Of a stretch of 24,974 nt of DNA, positions 1 through 6,293 are shown piece after piece. Each line of letters opens with the position of its first letter. The stretch's first letter is position 1. The stretch comes from a virus (taxonomy: Duplodnaviria > Heunggongvirae > Uroviricota > Caudoviricetes). The notes under the pieces were generated by a model. That model was not told the origin of the DNA, made no database searches, and worked only from the letters and a program-made list of their open reading frames with translations. A program made the position numbers and the translations under genes. The DNA lies in IMG/VR virus record IMGVR_UViG_2778261162_000009. The stretch is one strand, 5' to 3'.

Positions 1-1002
1 TTACCCTCTATTGTCAAAAGGGTTCAATTCAACAGCAGCCTCTAAATGACCTGGAGCAAAATGCGCATAACGCATAGTCATTTTTATATCGCTATGCCCC
101 AGTATTTTTTGCAACACAAGAATATTTCCGCCCCGCATCATAAAATGACTGGCAAACGTGTGACGTAGCACATGAGTTAATTGCCCATCAGGAAGCTCGA
201 TCTTCGCTCTCTTAATTGCAGCGTCAAAAGCCTCATAACATGGTGAAAATAGCGCTCCTCGTTTTTTAGGAAGCATAGCCTGCAATTGAGGTGAAATCGG
301 TACAGTGCGGTTCTTCTTTCCTTTAGTTTTAACAAATGTGATTCGACCGGGCAGTACTTGAGATTGCTTTAATCCTTCTGCTTCACTCCACCGAGCACCC
401 GTCGCAAGCCCAATACGGACAACAACCCCCAAATCTTTATTCCGTGACTCATCACACGCAATCAGAAGGCGCTCAATCTCATCTACATACAGAAACGCCA
501 GTTCCTTTTCTTCCTCACGAAACTTGCGAATACCAGTCAGGGGGTTTTCACCAGACCACTCCCCAAGGCGCTTCAGTTCGGCAAAAACAGCATGTAGATA
601 TGACTGCTCGCGATTAACGGTTGCTTCACTAAGTTTTTTCTTCCCCTTGGGATTCCATTCTCCTGATAGCCTTCTTTCCCGATAAGTAGCAAACATATTT
701 TTGTCAAACTGAGAAGCAAATGGATCTCCCAGCCTGGAACAAATCGCCTCAAGTTTGACTTTGCGCTCTGCACCAGAGGACAAGGTTTTACCGTACATCT
801 CAAACCAACGAGCAATCAACTCAGAAAGACGAGGACCAGAACCATCTTGAAACTCGTCTCCAACTCTACTATTCATTAAACGGCGCTCATAAGAGAGCGC
901 CTCACTTTTTGTCGCAAACTGTTTACGAATGCGTTTTCCCGATACCCCGTAGGGATAACATTCGCAAAGCCATTTACCTGATGGAATCTTACGAACCGAC
1001 AT
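1..1002 (-). CDS. int: Tyrosine-recombinase integrase (P2 Int family), 333 aa; stop codon sits at the window edge
   Basis: ORF translation has integrase-like C-terminal catalytic region (…HVLRHTFASHF…MRYAHF…); position next to the repressor as in P2/186 prophages. Confidence 0.88.
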   Translation of the reverse strand: MSVRKIPSGKWLCECYPYGVSGKRIRKQFATKSEALSYERRLMNSRVGDEFQDGSGPRLSELIARWFEMYGKTLSSGAERKVKLEAICSRLGDPFASQFDKNMFATYRERRLSGEWNPKGKKKLSEATVNREQSYLHAVFAELKRLGEWSGENPLTGIRKFREEEKELAFLYVDEIERLLIACDESRNKDLGVVVRIGLATGARWSEAEGLKQSQVLPGRITFVKTKGKKNRTVPISPQLQAMLPKKRGALFSPCYEAFDAAIKRAKIELPDGQLTHVLRHTFASHFMMRGGNILVLQKILGHSDIKMTMRYAHFAPGHLEAAVELNPFDNRG

Positions 1003-1007
1003 TTTAG

Positions 1008-1355
1008 TTACTTATCACATAAATCAAATGCAGCCTTAGTGACATCCCCCAGACTCTTTTTTAACCCTGGAGCGGCATCATTATCTAGCCAAAATGGATT
1101 ATTGTTATCTAACGGTAACGCACCAAATGTTTTACCTTTTATTCGAGCCAAACCTGTAAGTGCATATAACTTATTATCGTCAAAATTCATCACATAAGGA
1201 TTACCATCAAGACACTGTAATTGAACCTCATCAGTATTAAATGGCCATACCCCATTGAAACTCTCACGTTCAATAGTTTTAAAAGGCATTGCGACGGCGG
1301 AAAAAGAAAACATAGATAAAAAAGTAACTAATAGTTGAACCTTTTTTGCTTTCAT
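1008..1355 (-). CDS. Small secreted/periplasmic protein, 115 aa, unknown function (cargo gene)
   Basis: N-terminal signal peptide MKAKKVQLLVTFLSMFSFSAVA; two Cys in mature part; AT-rich; co-oriented with repressor operon; SD-like GAGG upstream. Confidence 0.6.
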   Translation of the reverse strand: MKAKKVQLLVTFLSMFSFSAVAMPFKTIERESFNGVWPFNTDEVQLQCLDGNPYVMNFDDNKLYALTGLARIKGKTFGALPLDNNNPFWLDNDAAPGLKKSLGDVTKAAFDLCDK

Positions 1356-1384
1356 ATCATTACCTCAATTTAGCTCAAGTAAGA

Positions 1385-2035
1385 TTACAAATTAAAAAAC
1401 GCCCTAGAAATGACACCGCCTACCAAAACCCCTACGCAGATAAAGAATATTATTTCTTTTGGATAAAGTCGGATTAATTCTGAAGCACGAAGTCGGACTT
1501 CTGGTAAGGTCGAACTCTCTGTGTGGCTTGATGCCGATTGTTGCTCTAACCACGACAATGCAGACTGTAACTGAGAACGAGTAAGATCGTTTAAACGTCC
1601 TGTACCGAAATTGATATGGCAATACCGCAGAAGTTTTTGTCGAAGTCCACAGTCTTCACTGTTACGTAGTAATAAACTTACAAGAGCCTTACAGGCATCA
1701 TGATCTTTACATCGCTCAAGCATTGCATGCAGAAAACTCTCCGCTGTTTTATATTGATTTACTGTCATATCATCAATACCAGCTACACCAATCTCCGCAT
1801 GTACTTTTTGCCAAATAATAAACGCTTCAGTATTGCTAGCTTCTGCAATAGCAGCAACCAAGCTATTTAGCTCCTTACGCTGAGCCTTAAGCAAAGGGCG
1901 ATCGTCATCATCATTATTCGAAGGGATTGCGATATTGACGGTATGAGAACCATCATATCGCTCTATCTGAATATTCTTTTCGTGAAAATCACGCCCAGCA
2001 ACGCGATTGTTTGAACCGTTTGAGTTGACGGCCAT
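1385..2035 (-). CDS. Tail-anchored membrane protein, 216 aa, unknown function (cargo gene)
   Basis: Soluble N-terminal domain then single C-terminal hydrophobic helix (IIFFICVGVLVGGVISRAFF); strong SD GGGAGGTG 5 nt before ATG; 16 bp after repressor stop. Confidence 0.6.
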   Translation of the reverse strand: MAVNSNGSNNRVAGRDFHEKNIQIERYDGSHTVNIAIPSNNDDDDRPLLKAQRKELNSLVAAIAEASNTEAFIIWQKVHAEIGVAGIDDMTVNQYKTAESFLHAMLERCKDHDACKALVSLLLRNSEDCGLRQKLLRYCHINFGTGRLNDLTRSQLQSALSWLEQQSASSHTESSTLPEVRLRASELIRLYPKEIIFFICVGVLVGGVISRAFFNL

Positions 2036-2050
2036 GTCACCTCCCTACTA

Positions 2051-2455
2051 TCACCTACCCTTAGTTTCGTTATAGTCACGACCAGCGATACGGTTATTAC
2101 CACCAGAAATATTTAACTCACGTCCTGATGGCTGAGTTTCCTTTTCACTGATCGCACCTTTTAAAGCCCCAATCACCGCGTTTTTCACATCTAACGAAGC
2201 TGCTCGAAAGCGAGTAATCAACTCCTGCTCATCATCGTTATAAGTTTCAGGTGAGTGAATTCCCAACACAACATACTGAACATCAAGGCCAAAACGAGAC
2301 AGCGCTGCCAAATACGCAGCATCAGGAAAGCTATCTCCTTTCTCATATCTAAGCTGAGTTAGCTTTTTGACTCCACCAATGTCGCTCATGGCAACTTGAC
2401 TAAGTCCCAATCTTTCCCTTTCCTCACGCAACCGCTGACCAATATCATTTTTCAT
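2051..2455 (-). CDS. XRE-family helix-turn-helix repressor, 134 aa (candidate immunity repressor, CI/C analogue)
   Basis: N-terminal HTH_XRE pattern (IGQRLREERERLGLSQVAMSDIGGVKKLTQLRYEKGDSFPDAAYLAALSRFGLDV); divergent from the rightward early operon. Confidence 0.75.
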   Translation of the reverse strand: MKNDIGQRLREERERLGLSQVAMSDIGGVKKLTQLRYEKGDSFPDAAYLAALSRFGLDVQYVVLGIHSPETYNDDEQELITRFRAASLDVKNAVIGALKGAISEKETQPSGRELNISGGNNRIAGRDYNETKGR

Positions 2456-2530
2456 ACAAAAACCTTGACAGGTATCTTTTTTGATACCAAAATGATTTCA
2501 CGAGCTATTAGATGATCACAATATACCACT
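2456..2530. promoter_or_regulatory. Divergent lysogeny/lytic switch region with TTGACA -35-like hexamer and perfect palindrome GGTATCTTTTTTGATACC (2471-2488)
   Basis: 75-bp gap between divergent repressor and early operon; TTGACA at 2465-2470; 6-bp inverted repeat arms seen directly. Confidence 0.45.
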
Positions 2531-2737
2531 ATGAAACAAGTTCTTCACGATACCAGATCACGCATTCCGCGTAACACCGCCACAGGTCCAAGACTGGCGC
2601 TTCGGCTGTCCCTCGAGGAGCGAGCCGTCATTGATGAAATGGCAGCTAAAGAACAACGCTCATCCTCTAACATGGCGCGCATGATCTTCCTTCGCGGCCT
2701 AGAGCTAACCCAGAAAGAACAAAACAAATCTTCCTGA
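2531..2737 (+). CDS. Small DNA-binding regulator, ribbon-helix-helix-like, 68 aa (first gene of early operon)
   Basis: RLALRLSLEERAVIDEMAAKEQRSSSNMARMIFLRGLE resembles CopG/MobC RHH fold; no clear SD. Confidence 0.45.
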   Translation: MKQVLHDTRSRIPRNTATGPRLALRLSLEERAVIDEMAAKEQRSSSNMARMIFLRGLELTQKEQNKSS

Positions 2738-2753
2738 TCAGGAGGCTAGTGGG

Positions 2754-2957
2754 ATGTCAGGTATAACCATCAATATCAATGTGGATGCCCCCTATGTATC
2801 CCTGCAGAAATATGCAGAGATAACAGGTATCCCTCTTAATACATGCAAAAGGATGTTGGCTGACGGTCGAATTATTATCCGCCCCAAACGCGCCAAAATG
2901 GAAAAGCCTGAAGTAAACCTTGTGGCGATGTTAAAAGACGCTTTGGCTAACAGCTAA
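2754..2957 (+). CDS. Cox/excisionase-like HTH protein, 67 aa
   Basis: APYVSLQKYAEITGIPLNTCKRMLADGRI resembles P2 Cox HTH segment; GGAGG SD 8 nt upstream. Confidence 0.55.
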   Translation: MSGITININVDAPYVSLQKYAEITGIPLNTCKRMLADGRIIIRPKRAKMEKPEVNLVAMLKDALANS

Positions 2958-2978
2958 AACAATGAACAGAGCACCATC

Positions 2979-3329
2979 ATGAAAAAAAACGCTAATAATC
3001 CATACTCCAAATTTCGTAATGGCGTAGAACGCCATGTACACCACGTCGCTACCAGTGCATCACGTAGTAACAGTCGCTATAACCTGAACGAGACGCACGC
3101 AACACCGGATGGCCACGCTGTAAAACAAATCGGCGAGCATGCCTGGCTGATTGAGAAAGCTGGAATCGTGGTCCACAAATGCCCACGCAATCCGTTTACC
3201 GGAAACCGCATTTTTGCATTGAACTGCGGCGACAATCACTTCGGGCAGGATTTCACATTATACGAAGCACTTCGCACGGTTGATCGTCTGCTTCGCGGGC
3301 AAAGTTTTATTAAACAGGCTGATTTATAA
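2979..3329 (+). CDS. Hypothetical early protein, 116 aa
   Basis: ORF in operon orientation, protein-like composition; weak RBS. Confidence 0.4.
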   Translation: MKKNANNPYSKFRNGVERHVHHVATSASRSNSRYNLNETHATPDGHAVKQIGEHAWLIEKAGIVVHKCPRNPFTGNRIFALNCGDNHFGQDFTLYEALRTVDRLLRGQSFIKQADL

Positions 3330-3339
3330 CAGGTGCTTT

Positions 3340-3618
3340 ATGACCAAAGAGCATGCACAAGGTGTATTTATCCGTTTTATTGATTTTCGCGGTGAACTGT
3401 TATTACGCGCATCAGCCATTGACGGAGTTGTTCCATCCGAAAAAAACGCAGCTACTTACGTTTATCTGAACGGTACGCGCCTGACTGTGGAGCTTCCGTA
3501 CCAGACCGTACGAGAAATCATTAGCGAAGCTGAAAAGGCACGTCAGGTTAATGGCGATGAACCCTATATCGAAATTATTTGTATGGATTCAGAAGCTGAA
3601 ATTCAGAAAGCAGATTAA
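3340..3618 (+). CDS. Hypothetical early protein, 92 aa
   Basis: ATG at 3340 preceded by AGGTG; longer track ORF start at 3280 overlaps previous gene. Confidence 0.5.
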   Translation: MTKEHAQGVFIRFIDFRGELLLRASAIDGVVPSEKNAATYVYLNGTRLTVELPYQTVREIISEAEKARQVNGDEPYIEIICMDSEAEIQKAD

Positions 3619-3629
3619 AGGGCGTTGCG

Positions 3630-3872
3630 ATGGGCAAAGAATATAAAACTCTCATTAACAAAGCACTTGAACGATTTTATTTTCGCTTAAGTGCATCAGG
3701 CGCTCATGCTGAACATGCAGCCCGTGACTCATTGACCAGGGCAATCCGGAGTTTGTATGACGTTGCTTTTTACGCTGATGATCTGGATGCACTGAACGAA
3801 CTTTCCGAGCTGATCTGTGCCGCAGAATGCGGGGAACACATTGAACCGTATAAGCTGGGGAATATCGCATGA
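3630..3872 (+). CDS. Hypothetical early protein, 80 aa
   Basis: ORF with upstream AAAGGG; operon orientation. Confidence 0.5.
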   Translation: MGKEYKTLINKALERFYFRLSASGAHAEHAARDSLTRAIRSLYDVAFYADDLDALNELSELICAAECGEHIEPYKLGNIA

Positions 3873-3982
3873 GTATATTTATCTCATGGCTTGTTCTGAT
3901 TATTTCGGTGGCCTGCGCCATTGGGATTATGCGAATTATTCATTCAGTAAAAAAGATTGAACGCTTTTTCACTGACGAATAA
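3869..3982 (+). CDS. Small hydrophobic peptide, 37 aa, single predicted TM helix
   Basis: ATGA start/stop overlap with upstream gene; sequence MSIFISWLVLIISVACAIGIMRIIHSVKKIERFFTDE; below ORF-track length cutoff. Confidence 0.35.
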   Translation: MSIFISWLVLIISVACAIGIMRIIHSVKKIERFFTDE

Positions 3983-4074
3983 CAGCTTAAACAAAACACC
4001 AGATTAAACCCGAAAACCTGAAAACCATCCGCATTCGCGGAGGTATTCGCACACGTAAATAACGGAGATATAAA

Positions 4075-4491
4075 ATGAACGCAAAAGAAAAAAATATTAT
4101 CAATACATTAAAAATAGTGTCAGCAGAGCAAGACAAGCTGTCCAGGGCAGCCCAGAAAGATAATCAACATATGGCAGCGCTTTACGCACTGACCATCGCA
4201 ATAGCCACCTCTGAAGCAGCCAAAGTTATTGAGGAACAGAGCAAAGAAATCGACACTCTGAAAACACAGTCAACAGTTGCAGCCATGAATCCGTCCAGCA
4301 TTGGACGCTGCATTTATATTCTTGGTTCAGCAATGATGCTGCAATACACCATTATTGCCGAACTGCACGGCAAATACCTGATAACGCCTTACCACACAAA
4401 AGAGTCAGAGCTTCTGACAAATCTCCGCCTGATAGAACGCTCTCAAGCTGTATTCATTGATGACGCGCAACGTGCCGTATTTAACGCATAG
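4075..4491 (+). CDS. Hypothetical early protein, 138 aa
   Basis: GGAG SD 7 nt upstream of ATG; clean ORF. Confidence 0.55.
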   Translation: MNAKEKNIINTLKIVSAEQDKLSRAAQKDNQHMAALYALTIAIATSEAAKVIEEQSKEIDTLKTQSTVAAMNPSSIGRCIYILGSAMMLQYTIIAELHGKYLITPYHTKESELLTNLRLIERSQAVFIDDAQRAVFNA

Positions 4492-4514
4492 GGTTACTGG
4501 ACAAAGGGGGCGCA

Positions 4515-4718
4515 ATGGCAATTAAGCATTTTCCCGTCGTTCGCTTTACCTCCAGAGGGCGCGAATACGAGGTCGACGAACGCCTGATTACCACTATCGA
4601 CAAACATCGTTCGGAAAAGGATGCACACCACATCTACCTCACTGACGGCACTTACTTCTGCGCCACCAACGTGGCGCGAGTAAATCTTATCCGACAGGTA
4701 CAGGAGCCACGCAGATGA
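4515..4718 (+). CDS. Hypothetical early protein, 67 aa
   Basis: GGGGG SD before ATG; operon orientation. Confidence 0.5.
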   Translation: MAIKHFPVVRFTSRGREYEVDERLITTIDKHRSEKDAHHIYLTDGTYFCATNVARVNLIRQVQEPRR

Positions 4719-4981
4719 CCGTTCTGGACTACATCGCTACTCATCCGGGGTGTAGCGGCGGAGAAATCGCCGCAGCACTGAATACCCCAACCACAGCTAT
4801 TAATGCTGAGTTACGCCGACTTTGGCGCAGCGGCTTAGTCATCAGAACAAACCGCAGCACAGGTGGTCGCGCTCGCAAAACTGGAGGCCAGGCTTCTTAC
4901 CACGTAAACCCGATGCCGTTCGGGTGTAGCAATCCACTTACTCACATGTTTAACCAGCTACTGAAGGAAGCCAGAACATGA
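4715..4981 (+). CDS. Hypothetical protein, 88 aa, possible winged-helix DNA-binding protein
   Basis: ATGA overlap with upstream gene; N-terminal helix pattern suggestive of wHTH (weak). Confidence 0.5.
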   Translation: MTVLDYIATHPGCSGGEIAAALNTPTTAINAELRRLWRSGLVIRTNRSTGGRARKTGGQASYHVNPMPFGCSNPLTHMFNQLLKEART

Positions 4982-5032
4982 GCACCATCAACCACCAGAA
5001 GCTACGCGAACTGGCATTTTGCCCTGCAACGA

Positions 5033-5278
5033 ATGGCAACTCCTCAAAAATTACTGGCATTTCGCGCAATGCTCTCGCCGTCTGCTGTGCTGGCACTGCT
5101 GGATCAGCTGGAGCACGCCAGAACCACGGCTCCTGCCATTCGCCTGACGCTCCATCATGAAATCGTTGATTTCTGCGCAACGCTGGGGGCACCTGGCGAA
5201 CCGGAAACGCCGGAAGCAATGCAGCAAGAGCTGCTGCAACGCATTGACAAGGTTTTTGATTTTTTTCTGAACCAGTAA
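5033..5278 (+). CDS. Hypothetical early protein, 81 aa (true start may be ATG 4978 if a T-run frameshift is corrected)
   Basis: Protein-like ORF; ATG 5033 lacks SD, whereas ATG 4978 is translationally coupled but in another frame. Confidence 0.45.
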   Translation: MATPQKLLAFRAMLSPSAVLALLDQLEHARTTAPAIRLTLHHEIVDFCATLGAPGEPETPEAMQQELLQRIDKVFDFFLNQ

Positions 5279-5299
5279 GAAACCAGAACATGCACACAC

Positions 5300-5328
5300 A
5301 AAAAAACCGCTTGCCATGCCGCAATCGG
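5300..5328 (-). terminator. Candidate intrinsic terminator on minus strand (imperfect 8-bp stem then U7)
   Basis: Plus strand A7 followed by CCGCTTGC-catgcc-GCAATCGG; reads as hairpin plus U-run on minus strand. Confidence 0.35.
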
Positions 5329-5400
5329 TCAGGTTACATTTCCGCTGCACCTCATAAAACGGGTGCCGGGATTCTCAACCCGATACAGAGCAAAGCGCAT

Positions 5401-5421
5401 AACCGCGCCAGCGGTTTTTTT
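5401..5421 (+). terminator. Candidate intrinsic terminator on plus strand (AACCGC-gcca-GCGGTT then T-run)
   Basis: 6-bp stem with 4-nt loop followed by TTTTTTT seen directly. Confidence 0.4.
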
Positions 5422-5600
5422 GTGCGTACTGTATTGCCACGTCTTTTTCGCGTCAGAATTATGGCGGGGCGTACGGGGCCGACTTCGGTCGGGCCGGATT
5501 CTTTGCTCTCCGGTGTTGAGAACCCTGTACGTCTCGCCACCCCGAGATTCTCAACTCTGGATGGTGAGCTATTTCTATCACCGAGCAAAGAGGCCACACC

Positions 5601-5831
5601 ATGGCAAACCGCAAACAACAGCGCGCATACGCTGCGCGTCGTCACATCCAGACTGAAATCAACCGTAGACTTTTCCGCGCATCACGCGTCGCGCAAATCA
5701 TGCACATCAATATGCTGCATGAGCGCAGCCACGCGCTATCGAACATCTATTCCGCCTCTGTTTTCAGCTATCTGCCGGATGATCTGCGCGAGCTGCAACA
5801 ACTCTTCCAGCAGCAAAACAAACTCCATTAA
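5601..5831 (+). CDS. Hypothetical early protein, 76 aa, basic N-terminus
   Basis: ORF with AAAGAGG upstream; operon orientation. Confidence 0.5.
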   Translation: MANRKQQRAYAARRHIQTEINRRLFRASRVAQIMHINMLHERSHALSNIYSASVFSYLPDDLRELQQLFQQQNKLH

Positions 5832-5903
5832 TTCCTGTTCCGGGCCTTTCCTGCACCTTACGGCGGGAGGCCTTCGCACATCTGTAGTAAAGAGAATTGC
5901 AGC

Positions 5904-6293
5904 ATGATTGACGCTCATGACTTCACAAGATGGGTGCGCACACAGGACACCCGTCTGGCTCCCGTTCTTCAGGGATTATTTGATCTCTACATCCGTGGCC
6001 GTGACAACAGAGCACGCACCACAAAACCAGAGAATGCAGACACCCTTTATTTCACAGTAGACGACTGCTACCGCGTGGACTTCACACCACACGGGCTGGC
6101 GTTGCACTGCCTGACACCACACGGAGGATCACTGCTAGCGTATTACGACTCCCCGGCCTCCGTATTTGCGGCAATGCTGGCGCATTGCACTGCTGGCGGG
6201 TGTGCCTCGCTGAGTGAATACACCGCTGAATTTAACCGCCTTTCTGCCCTCTTCTCGCAGGAGTGGCAGCGCGTGACGGGATACCAGCCATGA
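5904..6293 (+). CDS. Hypothetical early protein, 129 aa
   Basis: ORF immediately upstream of and overlapping gene A start. Confidence 0.5.
   Translation: MIDAHDFTRWVRTQDTRLAPVLQGLFDLYIRGRDNRARTTKPENADTLYFTVDDCYRVDFTPHGLALHCLTPHGGSLLAYYDSPASVFAAMLAHCTAGGCASLSEYTAEFNRLSALFSQEWQRVTGYQP

Noticed and set aside
1404-1622. 72-aa minus-strand ORF
   Set aside because: Alternative frame nested inside the 216-aa membrane-protein gene.
4978-5160. 60-aa ORF from ATG 4978 as an independent gene
   Set aside because: Only the first 17 or so residues look protein-like; the rest is the wrong frame of the 5033-5278 ORF. Kept as a frameshift observation instead.
5290-5907. 205-aa plus-strand ORF spanning the non-coding island and the next two genes
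   Set aside because: Low-complexity, Arg/Ser-rich translation with no RBS; overlaps better ORFs in another frame; the region is better explained as structured non-coding DNA.
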